Positions 28,614 to 38,723 of a stretch of DNA of 64,000 nt are shown here, in pieces. Location: assembly GCA_964587725.1 (NCBI GenBank), contig CAZPLO010000002.1, forward strand, positions 25,521 to 89,520, read 5' to 3'. Position 1 is the first letter of the stretch; each line of letters opens with the position of its first letter. Below the pieces are notes generated by a model. That model saw only the letters and a list, made by a program, of their open reading frames with translations, ran no database searches and was not told where the DNA came from. Source of the stretch: an uncultured archaeon (GTDB lineage Archaea; Altiarchaeota; Altiarchaeia; IMC4; SCGC-AAA252-I15). The position numbers and the translations under genes were made by a program.

Positions 28614-28732
28614 TCATAAATACCTCCCTCCTTAACGCTAGCGCGACATTTTTGGTCCGCTAGAAATGTCTGCAATGGTCTGTGCAGTCCACAATGGACT
28701 GATACACTATCTAAGACGTTTCAGCTTAAAAA
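28614..28732 (-). promoter_or_regulatory. TATA-like box and structured 5' leader of the speD operon
   Basis: TTTTTAAG at 28725-28732, two 7-bp hairpins, and GGAGGGAGGT SD. Confidence 0.45.
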
Positions 28733-28852
28733 TCACACTACAGGGCATTAGAGGGCCTTATCGGTTGTTTTCAGGTTTGTTTCGTGAAACCGGTTTTCGT
28801 CTTTCTAAGCCCTCGCAGTGAACTAATTAACCTGAGAACCCTAATACCTCTT

Positions 28853-29317
28853 ATGTCACCTGGGAGAGTCAGCGGTGGTGGCAGGCAGAAACCAGCCCCC
28901 GACCCCGGCGTCAAGCTGATGGCTCTGGGTCAGGGGTCTCCCCAGCAGAGGATACTGGTTCTCGAAGCCGACGACTCCAACCGGGATTTCGCCGAGAAAA
29001 CACTCACGGCGGAGGGGTTTAAAGTGGATGCTGTGCCCAACGTCGATGCGGCATTGAGGAAGGCTAAATCGAACAGGTACGCCGCGGTCTTGGTGGACAC
29101 CTCAGAAAGCGTTTCTTCCAGAGCAAACAAGCTGACGGACTACCTGTTCAGTTTGGGTGAGGACCGACCACCCATGATACTCACCACATCCGAAGACCAT
29201 TTTATGGGGAACAAACGGTACCACCAGTCCGTGGGTTACGCGGACGTCCTGAAGAAGCCGTTTGACAAGGAAAAGCTTGTGGCCTCCGTCAGAAAAAATA
29301 TGCGGTACACGCACTGA
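28853..29317 (+). CDS. Stand-alone response-regulator receiver domain
   Basis: RILVLEAD, VLVD (phospho-Asp position), ILTT, LKKPF. Start uncertain (28853 or 28919). Confidence 0.8.
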   Translation: MSPGRVSGGGRQKPAPDPGVKLMALGQGSPQQRILVLEADDSNRDFAEKTLTAEGFKVDAVPNVDAALRKAKSNRYAAVLVDTSESVSSRANKLTDYLFSLGEDRPPMILTTSEDHFMGNKRYHQSVGYADVLKKPFDKEKLVASVRKNMRYTH

Positions 29318-29319
29318 CC

Positions 29320-30228
29320 TCACATGGCCTCCAGCGCCCGTATCCTGTCGTCTATGGGTGGGTGGGTCTGGAAGAGGCTGGTTATCCTGTTTTTGGCGGG
29401 GTCTGCGAGGAACATGGGCGCCACCGCCTCGTTGACTTTCGTGTGCTTCCGAGGCTCAGCGTAGTCGGCCTTAATCTTACGCAACGCCTCTATGAGGCCG
29501 TCGGGGTAGCGGGTGAGTTCCACTCCGCCGGCGTCCGCCATGTACTCCCGTTTCCTGGATATGGCGAGCTGCACCAGTTTCACCACCAGCGGAGCCAGTA
29601 TTGCCAGCACAATCCCTATTACCAGCAGTGCGGCGTTTCCGCCGCCGCGCCTGCGCCCTCCGCCGAACCACAGACTCCGGAGGAACAGCTGGCTGATGAT
29701 GGATATGAGGCCGACCATCACCGCCACCAACGTGACGAAACGGATGTCGTAGTTTCTGATGTGTGTCATCTCGTGGGCGATGACGCCCTGGAGTTCGCTG
29801 CGGCTGAGCTTCGCAATCGCCCCCTCCGTCACGCACACGACGCTGTGCGCCGGGTCGCGGCCGGTGGCGAAGGCGTTGATGTCCTGGCTGGGCATCACAT
29901 AGATCCGGGGCTTAGGTATGCCACTCGCCAGCGTCATCTCCTCCACGATGTTGATGAGCTGCTGGTGCCGGTGGTCTGCGGGGTACGCGTTCACGGCCTT
30001 CAACGCAACCTTGTCGCTGTTGTAGTATGTGTAGAGGACGTAGCCTATGTTGAACACGGTCGCGAGGATGAGGAACAGGAACATGACGCCGACGTCGTAT
30101 ACGTTGCCGATGATGAATGCCATCGCCAGCGTCACAAACCCGAGGGTGACGGCTACCGCCACAATCAGTATCCACGACGCTCGTTTGTTCCGGTCTATCT
30201 GGTCGTAGAAGCTCCGCTTCATCCTCAC
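29320..30228 (-). CDS. htpX: M48 zinc metalloprotease HtpX
   Basis: [25 protein letters not shown]. Confidence 0.93.
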   Translation of the reverse strand: MRMKRSFYDQIDRNKRASWILIVAVAVTLGFVTLAMAFIIGNVYDVGVMFLFLILATVFNIGYVLYTYYNSDKVALKAVNAYPADHRHQQLINIVEEMTLASGIPKPRIYVMPSQDINAFATGRDPAHSVVCVTEGAIAKLSRSELQGVIAHEMTHIRNYDIRFVTLVAVMVGLISIISQLFLRSLWFGGGRRRGGGNAALLVIGIVLAILAPLVVKLVQLAISRKREYMADAGGVELTRYPDGLIEALRKIKADYAEPRKHTKVNEAVAPMFLADPAKNRITSLFQTHPPIDDRIRALEAM

Positions 30229-30803
30229 TTCCTAAAGTCTACCTTCGGCACTTCCCGGGTTCCCTCCTCGGTTTCGAAGTAGTCCCGGTCCGCGAAGTTG
30301 AACATGCCCGCGACGATGTTGCCCGGGAACGTCTGCCTGCTGGTGTCGTATCTCATGACGCTGTCGTTGTAGAACTGCCGCGCATACGCTATCTTGTTCT
30401 CCGTGGTGGTTAATTCCTCCTGCAGTTGCATGAAGTTCTCGTTCGCCTTCAGCTCAGGATAGTTCTCGGCGACCGCGAACAGACTCTTCAAAGCGCCGGT
30501 GAGCATGTTATCCGCCTTCTCGGTTTCCTTCACCGTCTCCGCCTTGGCCATCGCCGCCCGCGCCTCCGTCACGCGCTGGAACGTCTCCTGCTCGTGGGCT
30601 GCGTAGCCCTTCACAGTATCCACGAGATTCGGTATTAAATCGTTCCGCCTGCGCAGCTGAACCTCTATCTGGCTCCACGCGTTCTCACACCTGTTACGTA
30701 ACGTCACGAGGTTGTTGTAGATGAACACCACCGCTAAAACACCCAATACTACTGCTGCGGCGCCAGCCAACCCAACCAGTCCGATTACGGCTCCTAAGAC
30801 CAT
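30225..30803 (-). CDS. lemA: LemA family protein
   Basis: N-terminal [28 protein letters not shown]; GGTGA SD before 30803. Confidence 0.93.
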   Translation of the reverse strand: MVLGAVIGLVGLAGAAAVVLGVLAVVFIYNNLVTLRNRCENAWSQIEVQLRRRNDLIPNLVDTVKGYAAHEQETFQRVTEARAAMAKAETVKETEKADNMLTGALKSLFAVAENYPELKANENFMQLQEELTTTENKIAYARQFYNDSVMRYDTSRQTFPGNIVAGMFNFADRDYFETEEGTREVPKVDFRK

Positions 30804-30846
30804 GTCATTCACCGTCAACATATTACAGACTGCATATAAATAAGGG

Positions 30847-32808
30847 TCACCCGGCTCCCCCTCCACCGCCTCCCCCACCCCCGCCTCCGCCGCCGGAGAA
30901 GCCGCCGCTTCCGCCGGTGGACGTTGCTGTGGAGAATGCGCTGGAGAAGCTGCCCACAGCGGAGCCGAAGCTGGCGGCGTTGAATCCGCCGACTCCGCCC
31001 ACGAATATGTGGGAGCCTGTTTCGCCCGTGTAGTTTCGGAACACGTCGTCCATGGCCTTCTGCACAGTGCCTGCGACCCCCAGGGGGATGGAGTATACGA
31101 GGTATTTCTCCCACAACACTATGGCGTCCGGCGGCACGTCTTTGAGGTTGCTGAAGTCGGACAGGAACTTCTTCAGCCTCGTCCATTTCACATGGTGTTC
31201 AGCGCCTTTTTGGGTTCTGTTGGGTAGGGCGTCCGGGAATATGGCGGCGAGGATGAATGCTTCACCGAGTACGGCGGCCGCCACCGGCAGGGTGAACAGG
31301 GCCGCAAGTATCGTGTTCGCCAGGCTCGCGGCTATGTAGGAGAGGTATCCCGTCTTCTTCGAAAAGAAACCCCGGTCTTTCGCCTCGTCCGACACGAGTT
31401 CCGTCCACTCCCTCAGCCACTTCTGTGTCTTGTAGGGTTTCGCCCGCAGGTACTTCTTCAGCTCATTCAACGTGACTATGTCTGGGGTGTCGTCCCTCAC
31501 CCCCTTCTTGAATATGAGTCCCTCATACCTGAACTTGGCTGCCTTCTTTATTATCTTGAACAACAGTCTCTCGCTCTCCGGCAGTCCCTCGTCGCTTTCG
31601 TCCGTTATTTGTATTTCATAGTCGCCTCCCCCGAACAGTCCCAGAACCCTATCCCCCTCAATCTTGCGTATCCTGGCTTTCCCCCGGAGGCAGATGTCCA
31701 GCAGCTCGGCTGCCATGCTCTCCTGCCTCGGCTTTTTGGTGACCTGGTGCATGAGCGCGTCCACGACTGCGGGGCTGTAGTCGTACGGCACATCCCGTTC
31801 GTACACGGACTGCACATCCACCTTGGGTTCGCGGCCGTAGGAATGCCAGATTCCTGCGAAGACTAGAATCTGAAGGGTGCCGAACACCGGCAGCCACAGG
31901 AAGTCGCCGACGGGGAACAGTCCTGCTACGAAGAAGATTGAGATGAACAGCATCATCATCCCCGCGAGCATCGCGGGCAGGAACACCCTCCCCAGTTTGT
32001 GGCCGAAGTCTGGGTTGACTCTCCGGAGTACGGCGAGGCCTATGCCTCCGAAGAAACCCATCCCCCAGACGAGCAGGAACAGGGGGAGGATGATTAACCA
32101 CATAGTATCTTCAGTGTCCTGTGGAGGCCGGTAGTTCTCCTCTTCCTCAATGACCTCATCCAGACCCGGTCCCTCATGCAGCACCGCCTCGGTCGGCTGC
32201 GGCAGCACATACCGGGGGAACACCGTCCGGACTTCAACCCACTGGCCTGCTGGAATGTTGAACGCCTGGAATATAACCTTCTCATCGTCCACCATCGCGA
32301 TTTTTCCGTTCAGTTCAGGGTGGCCCCATGTGTAGGCTTCAGAGGAATTCCCCACCTTACCTGGCAGCATTATGTGGCCTTCCAGTTCGCGTAGGCGGCG
32401 GTCCCATCCGCTCCCCCACACCCTCCAGTTGAGGTCGCAGACGTCACTGTAACAGTGCACGGCGTCCGTCAGATGATAATGGATGGTGAACGTCCGCTCC
32501 TCGTCTACCGCGTTATAATACCATTTCGCCCGGATGTGGGCTCCTTGGCTGGACACCTCCTTCCTAAGGGGGACGCCGTCTTCCGTCACCTCCATGCCGG
32601 TGATGACCCAGTCGCCCAGCCGGACGTCCCTGTAGGCGTGGGTGAAGGAGCCGGTGAAGTCGTATGTGATGTCTTCGCGGACGTCAACGGACCCGTCGGG
32701 GTTGACGGTCAATGAGACGTAGGCTTTGTCGATGGTGTAGGATTTTGCGGAAGCGGCGGTTGACAGGATGAGAAGTAGGGCGGCGGCTGCGATAACCTTA
32801 TCCTTCAT
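30847..32808 (-). CDS. DUF2207 membrane protein
   Basis: Signal peptide, DGS-x2-V-x-E-x-ITY, LWEKYLVY and a Gly-rich C-terminus; commonly adjacent to lemA. Confidence 0.88.
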   Translation of the reverse strand: MKDKVIAAAALLLILSTAASAKSYTIDKAYVSLTVNPDGSVDVREDITYDFTGSFTHAYRDVRLGDWVITGMEVTEDGVPLRKEVSSQGAHIRAKWYYNAVDEERTFTIHYHLTDAVHCYSDVCDLNWRVWGSGWDRRLRELEGHIMLPGKVGNSSEAYTWGHPELNGKIAMVDDEKVIFQAFNIPAGQWVEVRTVFPRYVLPQPTEAVLHEGPGLDEVIEEEENYRPPQDTEDTMWLIILPLFLLVWGMGFFGGIGLAVLRRVNPDFGHKLGRVFLPAMLAGMMMLFISIFFVAGLFPVGDFLWLPVFGTLQILVFAGIWHSYGREPKVDVQSVYERDVPYDYSPAVVDALMHQVTKKPRQESMAAELLDICLRGKARIRKIEGDRVLGLFGGGDYEIQITDESDEGLPESERLLFKIIKKAAKFRYEGLIFKKGVRDDTPDIVTLNELKKYLRAKPYKTQKWLREWTELVSDEAKDRGFFSKKTGYLSYIAASLANTILAALFTLPVAAAVLGEAFILAAIFPDALPNRTQKGAEHHVKWTRLKKFLSDFSNLKDVPPDAIVLWEKYLVYSIPLGVAGTVQKAMDDVFRNYTGETGSHIFVGGVGGFNAASFGSAVGSFSSAFSTATSTGGSGGFSGGGGGGGGGGGGGAG

Positions 32809-33310
32809 CTTCCACGGCCTCTTCGGCGTGTTTCTTCACCAGCTCCTTGGCGTCGTTTATGCGGAAGTACTGGTTGAAATTGGGTGTCGTAATCAGTATC
32901 TTGGTGTGGCCCTCCGGCTTGCGTTCAATCAGCTGCAGCCCCTCAAGGCGTTTCACGTACTCGTACACGCGGTTGCCGCGGAGCTTCACCACATAAGACT
33001 GTTTGATAGGTTGCTCGTACGCTATCATGGCCAGCGTCTTCAGCATCGCCTTCGGCATGTCGGTTTCTGGAATCAACTGGGTGACGGTGTCCTCGTACTC
33101 CGGCTTAACGCGCATGCCGTAGGATTTACCGGACTTGAACACTTCGACGCCGCCGTCCCGCTGCGAGTACTCGCGGACCAGGCCTTCCGCAATCTCCTTC
33201 ACGGCCTTCACGTCCAGGCTGCCGCACACCCGCGCCAGCTTCTCAGCGCTCATGTTCTCGGAGGCCACGAACAACGCGGCCTCCACCACGCCTCTGTCCG
33301 ACATGTCCAT
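32798..33310 (-). CDS. scpB: SMC-Scp complex subunit ScpB
   Basis: VEAALF, TLAMIAYEQPI, KLRG, TTPNFNQYF. Start at MDMSD. Confidence 0.92.
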   Translation of the reverse strand: MDMSDRGVVEAALFVASENMSAEKLARVCGSLDVKAVKEIAEGLVREYSQRDGGVEVFKSGKSYGMRVKPEYEDTVTQLIPETDMPKAMLKTLAMIAYEQPIKQSYVVKLRGNRVYEYVKRLEGLQLIERKPEGHTKILITTPNFNQYFRINDAKELVKKHAEEAVEDEG

Positions 33311-33336
33311 GAAAAATGGGAATGCGCGGATAAAAA

Positions 33337-34854
33337 CTATTCCACCGCAGCCAGCGGCAGCTTCGCAGCCACCGCGAAAGCCAATGCAAGCACCGCCGGC
33401 AGCATCGGCAGGCAGCAAAGTCCCCCCCCTCCTTCTTCAGGCACGGTGGTTGTGGTGGGCTGGGTTGTGGGTGGGGCAGCCAACGTCGTGGCAGTGCTTT
33501 CGGTCGTGGTGGTTTCCTCAAACACGGTTGTGGTCGTCGTCTCCGGGCTGTAGTCCTCGTCTATCTCGTATAAGCGGACGTCTGTGCTGTACTCGTTCCC
33601 TCTTACGGTGCTTTGCTCCCAGTTCCAGGCCGCAACCACTTCGGCTTCGCCGTCGCCGTCGAGGTCGCCCATGTATGTGGCGACCGCGTTCGCGTCCCGT
33701 TCCTCATATGCTTTAGTCAGGCCCTGTATCTCTATGGTGTATTTCCAGCTGCCTATGAGGCTGCCGTCGTCGTCCAGCAGGTACAGGTATTTGGTTGTGC
33801 CGACCACCACCTCCATGCGTCCGTCCCCGTCCATGTCGTAGGCGCTCATACTGTATACTGTGCCTTCCACGGGTTCCGTCCACTCCCACAGCATCCTGCC
33901 GTTGCCCTCTAATGCGGTCACCCGCGGGGCTGAGCCGACCAGCACCTCCACGCCGCCCGAGCCGTCGAGGTTGACTGCGTGGACGCTGGAGACGATGTTG
34001 CCTGTGTCGTAGCTCCAGTCCAGGCTGCCGTCTCCGTCGTATGCGACTACTCCCTGCTCGGCCGTACCCACCACGACCATGTCTGCGGCGGTTTCTATGA
34101 GGTTTCCGGCCAACATTGCAGTGTAAACTCCACCCTCGATGTTCTCCTCCCAGAGTATCGTGCCGTCGGAGGATATGGCGTACACGTATGCGTCGCCGTA
34201 GCGGTGTGAGAGGGCGACCACTTCCGGGCTTCCGTCCCCGTCCAAGTCCACGGATTCAACATAGTATACGGGGTACTGTCTGGTGTCGACGCTCCACAGC
34301 ACCGGCTCCCGCTGCTTGGGGTCGTCTTTAAGCACGCACACCTTCTTGCTCTGCGTCCCCATTATGACGTTTAGTGTGCCTGTGCCGTCGAGGTCGGCTG
34401 CGTCGACGCTGTGGCTGAGACCGCATTCCTTGTCGAAGTTCCAGTCCTCTATGCTGGTGTCATGTATCACGCGCACGTATTCGCTGGGCGTTTCGGAGCC
34501 GGGGTGACTGGACTTCACCGAGTTAACCACCACCTGCTTCCTCCCGTCTCCGTCGAGGTCCGCCACGGCGAAGCTTTTCACGTTGCCGTCGGTGTCGAAG
34601 GACCAGCCTCCGCTGGTCAACGCAGTCCACTCGCTGGTGCAGTCAACGCCTTTGTAGACGTAGTTGTAGAGTATCCCGTTCACCGAGGTGCCCATGAGTA
34701 TGTTGGGTGTTCCGTCCCCGTCAAGGTCTTCTACTTCTATGACGTTGGCGAGGTCGTTTTTCAGGATGGACTGGCACGCCGGCTGAAACAGTTCAGCCGA
34801 TACCGTGCCTGCCAGCAGCACTATTAAGCCCAGGTAGAGTGCGCGGTATTTCAT
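33337..34854 (-). CDS. Secreted FG-GAP/VCBS-repeat beta-propeller protein with C-terminal anchor
   Basis: Signal peptide MKYRALYLG, many DLDGDG motifs, Thr-rich linker and GGGGLCCLP followed by a hydrophobic tail. Confidence 0.82.
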   Translation of the reverse strand: MKYRALYLGLIVLLAGTVSAELFQPACQSILKNDLANVIEVEDLDGDGTPNILMGTSVNGILYNYVYKGVDCTSEWTALTSGGWSFDTDGNVKSFAVADLDGDGRKQVVVNSVKSSHPGSETPSEYVRVIHDTSIEDWNFDKECGLSHSVDAADLDGTGTLNVIMGTQSKKVCVLKDDPKQREPVLWSVDTRQYPVYYVESVDLDGDGSPEVVALSHRYGDAYVYAISSDGTILWEENIEGGVYTAMLAGNLIETAADMVVVGTAEQGVVAYDGDGSLDWSYDTGNIVSSVHAVNLDGSGGVEVLVGSAPRVTALEGNGRMLWEWTEPVEGTVYSMSAYDMDGDGRMEVVVGTTKYLYLLDDDGSLIGSWKYTIEIQGLTKAYEERDANAVATYMGDLDGDGEAEVVAAWNWEQSTVRGNEYSTDVRLYEIDEDYSPETTTTTVFEETTTTESTATTLAAPPTTQPTTTTVPEEGGGGLCCLPMLPAVLALAFAVAAKLPLAAVE

Positions 34855-34864
34855 GTTATAAGCA

Positions 34865-35431
34865 TTACCGCCCGGTTTTATAAACGCCGGACAGCACACA
34901 CAACGTTTCGAAGAACAGTTTCTCCTCCGCCGCAACCTCCACGGTGAACCCCAGCCTCCCCATCTTCTCCACAACCAAGCCGACGTCGTTGAAGCTTGAT
35001 ATCAGCAGCCGCATCCGCCCGCCCGGCTTCAGGTGCTCCGCCGCACCCGCCAGAAACCGGTCTATGACCTCCCTGCCCGTTCCGCCGCCGGACCACGCCC
35101 CGTCCTCGCCTTCCACCGGCAGATACGGGGGGTTGAAGACTATGAGGTCGAATACACCGTCCACGTTCTCAAAGAGGTCGCTAACCATGAACTCTACGTT
35201 GGCTATGCCGTTGGATTCTGCGTTCTTCCCCGCCAACTCCACCGCGTCTGGGTTAACGTCGACCCCCAGCACGTACTCTGCCTTCTCCGCGGCAGTCAAA
35301 GCGATTACTCCGGTGCCGGTGCCCACCTCCAACACCCTGTCCCCCCGGCGGACGTCCAGGTTTTCTGCCAGCAGGAAACTATCCTCCGCCGGCTTATAGA
35401 CGCCTTCGGAGGTCTCCAGCTCCATGGTCAT
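34865..35431 (-). CDS. HemK2/MTQ2-type protein N5-glutamine methyltransferase
   Basis: YKPAEDSFLL, VLEVGTGTG, FNPPY, LFFE. Confidence 0.92.
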   Translation of the reverse strand: MTMELETSEGVYKPAEDSFLLAENLDVRRGDRVLEVGTGTGVIALTAAEKAEYVLGVDVNPDAVELAGKNAESNGIANVEFMVSDLFENVDGVFDLIVFNPPYLPVEGEDGAWSGGGTGREVIDRFLAGAAEHLKPGGRMRLLISSFNDVGLVVEKMGRLGFTVEVAAEEKLFFETLCVLSGVYKTGR

Positions 35432-35461
35432 TTAATACTGTGCCGCATCCTATATACTCCC

Positions 35462-36283
35462 ATGGAACTGTACCTGGATCGGAACCTGATACTGGAGTCC
35501 GCCGCCCAGCTGGAGGACGCGGACTACGTGCTGTTGGGCGTGCCGTTCGACGGCACCTCCTCTTACAGGCCGGGGAGCAGGTTCGCGCCGCTGGAGATTA
35601 GGAAGGAGTTTCTGGAGCTGGAGGCCGGTTCCATCAGATTCCACGACCTCGGCAACGTCGACGTCGTATACGGGAACGCCGCCGAAACCGTGAAGAGGGT
35701 TAGGGAGACGGTGTCGAAGGCGCTGGAGCGGAACAATTCAGCAGAGTACATTATCCTCGGCGGCGAACACCTCATCACCTACCCTGTGGTGGAGGCGTTG
35801 AAGGAACGGGTGGATGCTGTGGTGTGGCTGGACGCCCACCCCGACCTGCGGGACGAATACCAGGGGGGGCGGCTGAGCCACGCGTGCGTCGCCCGCAGGA
35901 TAACAGAGTTAGGCACTACATTGATCCAATACGGTGTTCGCAGCGGCAGCCCAGACCAGGAGGAGTTCATTCGGGAAAACGGCATACTGTCGCTGCCCCC
36001 GACGGCGGACTTCAAGGAGGTGATGGAGGCTGTCAGAGACAAAAGAGTGTATCTGAGCGTGGACTTGGACGTATTGGACCCCCGTGAAACCGACGGAGTG
36101 GGCAACCCGGAGCCGGGCGGCCTGTCCTTTAATACCCTGGAATCCATAGTAGAGTACGTGTCAGAGGGGTGTGAGGTCGCGGGCTTCGACGTCGTCGAGG
36201 CCTCGCCGGTATACGATTCCACGGCCGCCGTTTACGCGGCTAAGCTGCTCGCAACCCACATGATGAATGATGAAAAGCCATAA
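35462..36283 (+). CDS. speB: Agmatinase (ureohydrolase family)
   Basis: GVPFD...SYRPG, GGEH, DAHPD, SHA, DLDVLDP, PEPGG. Start at MELYLD. Confidence 0.9.
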   Translation: MELYLDRNLILESAAQLEDADYVLLGVPFDGTSSYRPGSRFAPLEIRKEFLELEAGSIRFHDLGNVDVVYGNAAETVKRVRETVSKALERNNSAEYIILGGEHLITYPVVEALKERVDAVVWLDAHPDLRDEYQGGRLSHACVARRITELGTTLIQYGVRSGSPDQEEFIRENGILSLPPTADFKEVMEAVRDKRVYLSVDLDVLDPRETDGVGNPEPGGLSFNTLESIVEYVSEGCEVAGFDVVEASPVYDSTAAVYAAKLLATHMMNDEKP

Positions 36284-36788
36284 GGTAGCTATCGGGGGTT
36301 CCTTCTCAGGCAACACGTCGGAGCTGTTTCACAGTTTGTCGGACGAGGACATCCTCCAGTTCTCGCTCTGCGGCCGGGAAGTCACCCTGCAGGTGCGCAG
36401 CGAAAACCTCGAATCCATTATAGAATCGCTGAAACGGCACGGCGTCGACAACATCAGCATCCTGGAGTGGAAAAAATACGGCACCACCGTCGCAGGCTCC
36501 GGCTCCGGCAACGACGACGGCACCTCAGTCAACGTCTCCTTGATTCCCGCCACACTAGGAGACGGCCTCCGGCCGCTGTCCGCCACCCATAGGGTGCCGT
36601 TGGACCGGAAACTATACATAGAGTTGCTGGCGAATCTGGAAGCAGTATTACTCGACGCAGGGGTCACCGACGTCCTGTATGCGGTGCAGATAGAGAAGGA
36701 GATGTCCAGACTAGAGTACTTGGATGCGGTGCGGGACGCCGCATTGAACGCTCTGTTCAACACCGGCGGCATCGTCGGCATAGAATAG
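36267..36788 (+). CDS. Hypothetical protein
   Basis: 173-aa ORF overlapping the end of speB; no motif recognised. Confidence 0.65.
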   Translation: MMKSHKVAIGGSFSGNTSELFHSLSDEDILQFSLCGREVTLQVRSENLESIIESLKRHGVDNISILEWKKYGTTVAGSGSGNDDGTSVNVSLIPATLGDGLRPLSATHRVPLDRKLYIELLANLEAVLLDAGVTDVLYAVQIEKEMSRLEYLDAVRDAALNALFNTGGIVGIE

Positions 36789-36831
36789 ATTTCCCACGCA
36801 CTCTCCCCCGTTTTATTGTCCCTGTTTTCCT

Positions 36832-38694
36832 ATGGAATGTGTGGACTGTTTCCCCTACTCCGCCGTCCGCAGCGGCCAGGAGGAGTTCATGCGCGACTGC
36901 AGCGAAGCATTCAAGAAAGCGGACGTGCTTGTCGCCCACGCACCCACCGGCATTGGGAAAACCGCCGCCGTTTTGTCCGCCGCAGTCGACCACGCCCTGA
37001 AAAACCAGAAGACCATATTCTTTCTGACCCCCAAACACACCCAGCACACCATCGTCGTAGACACCGTGAAGAGGATGCGGAAACGCCACGGAGTGTCGGC
37101 GTCGGTGGTGGACATAATAGGGAAGCAGTGGATGTGCCCACACCGCGTCCGCGACCTGAGCTCCCGGGAGTTCAACGAGTTCTGCCGCAGCCGGAAGAAG
37201 GACGAGACATGCGAGTACTACAACAACACCCGCAGGAACAAACTGTCCAGGAATGGGTTGGACGCCGCCGCCAAGATACTCGCGGAGCCCCTCCACAACG
37301 AGGAAGCGTTGAAAATATGTTCTGAATCAGGCCTCTGCCCGTATGAGGTGCTGCTGGAGGCCGGGCGGAAAGCGGACGTCATAGTATGCGACTACTTTCA
37401 CGTCTTCAGCCCGTCGGTGCGTCGGGCGTTCCTCAGCAAACTCGACCGCAGCGTAGAAGACAGCGTCCTCATAGTCGACGAAGCGCATAACCTGCCGGAC
37501 CGTATACGGTCGATTATGTCCAACACACTCAGCACGTACACGCTCGACCGGGCGTCGAAGGAGGCTAAGGCGTTGGACATGCGGCAGCTCGCCGACGACT
37601 TCATAGAAACCGTGAAGGTGCTGAAGAAGCTCGCAAGGAGCGTGAAGCCGGGCGGGGAGCGGTTCGTGGACAAGACGGAGTTCGCGGACGAACTGGAGGC
37701 TGCGTTGAAGATGCCGTACGACGACTTCCACGGGGGCGTGGAGGCGTTGGGGGAGGAGGTGCTGAAGCTGCCGAACCGCTACCGCTCCCACGCCAAGACC
37801 GCCGCACGGTTCCTGGAGTCGTGGCGGGGCCTGGACCTCGGTTACGCCCGCATACTTCGGAAGGAGAGGAAGGGATTGAAATTGTCTTACCGGTGCTTGG
37901 ACCCTGGCGTATCGTGCAGCGAGGTCTTCAACGCCGTTTACTCGGCTGTGCTGATGAGCGGCACCCTGACTCCATTGAGCATGTACTCGGACACCCTGGG
38001 TCTGCCTGGGAACAGGACCATGGAGCGCGCATACCGGAGCCCGTTCCCCAGGGAAAACCGCCTCACACTGCTGGTGCCGGGGCTGACGACGAAGTACGCG
38101 CAGCGCGGCGACTTCATGTACGGGAAGTACGCGTCCACGATTTCATCCGTCCTGTCCCACATACCCGGGAACGCGGCTGTCTTCTACCCGTCGTACAGGC
38201 TGCTGGCTGAGATCGGCGCGAGGGTGAAGTCGTCGAAGGAGGTGGTTGCGGAGCGGCAGGACATGAAGAAGGCGGACAGACGCCGCGTATTCAACCGGCT
38301 GGTGAACCTGCGCGGGGACGGCGGGGGGGTGTTGATGGGCGTGCAGGCCGGCGGCTTCAGCGAAGGGCTCGACTACGCAGGCAACCTGTTGGATGCGGTC
38401 GTCATCGTGGGGCTGCCGTTGGAGCACCCCACCCTGGAGACGCAGGCGCTGATAGACTACTACGACTTCCGTTTCGAACGCGGCTGGGACTACGGCTACA
38501 TCTACCCTGCCATGAACCGCGCCCTCCAGGCTGCCGGAAGGTGCATCCGCAGCGAAACAGACCGCGGAGCCATCATATTGTTGGATGAACGCTTCAAATG
38601 GGGTAATTATAGGAAATGCTTCCCCTCCGACTTCGATTTCATTGTCACGGAGAAGCCGGGGAAGTATCTGCAGCGTTTTTTTCAAATAGTTTAG
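36832..38694 (+). CDS. XPD/Rad3-family Fe-S DNA helicase
   Basis: Q motif, APTGIGKT, four Cys (MCP, FCR, TCEY, LCPY), DEAH, SGTL, SEGLD, QAAGRCIR. Confidence 0.93.
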   Translation: MECVDCFPYSAVRSGQEEFMRDCSEAFKKADVLVAHAPTGIGKTAAVLSAAVDHALKNQKTIFFLTPKHTQHTIVVDTVKRMRKRHGVSASVVDIIGKQWMCPHRVRDLSSREFNEFCRSRKKDETCEYYNNTRRNKLSRNGLDAAAKILAEPLHNEEALKICSESGLCPYEVLLEAGRKADVIVCDYFHVFSPSVRRAFLSKLDRSVEDSVLIVDEAHNLPDRIRSIMSNTLSTYTLDRASKEAKALDMRQLADDFIETVKVLKKLARSVKPGGERFVDKTEFADELEAALKMPYDDFHGGVEALGEEVLKLPNRYRSHAKTAARFLESWRGLDLGYARILRKERKGLKLSYRCLDPGVSCSEVFNAVYSAVLMSGTLTPLSMYSDTLGLPGNRTMERAYRSPFPRENRLTLLVPGLTTKYAQRGDFMYGKYASTISSVLSHIPGNAAVFYPSYRLLAEIGARVKSSKEVVAERQDMKKADRRRVFNRLVNLRGDGGGVLMGVQAGGFSEGLDYAGNLLDAVVIVGLPLEHPTLETQALIDYYDFRFERGWDYGYIYPAMNRALQAAGRCIRSETDRGAIILLDERFKWGNYRKCFPSDFDFIVTEKPGKYLQRFFQIV

Positions 38695-38723
38695 AGTAAA
38701 CTTTAAACTGTTTATACTTTCTT

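Noticed and set aside
28638-28670. H-type pseudoknot / SAM-II riboswitch
   Set aside because: Linkers of 0 and 1 nt make simultaneous pairing unlikely and the SAM-II consensus is not matched; kept only as alternative stems.
30847-31000. GC-rich low-complexity tract
   Set aside because: Encodes the usual Gly-rich tail of DUF2207 proteins.
35033-35461. Long N-terminal extensions in the ORF track (also 3294-3740, 5023-5310, 34855-34974, 48627-48884)
   Set aside because: They overlap neighbouring real genes; downstream starts with TATA, SD or ATGA coupling fit better, so these are not fusions.
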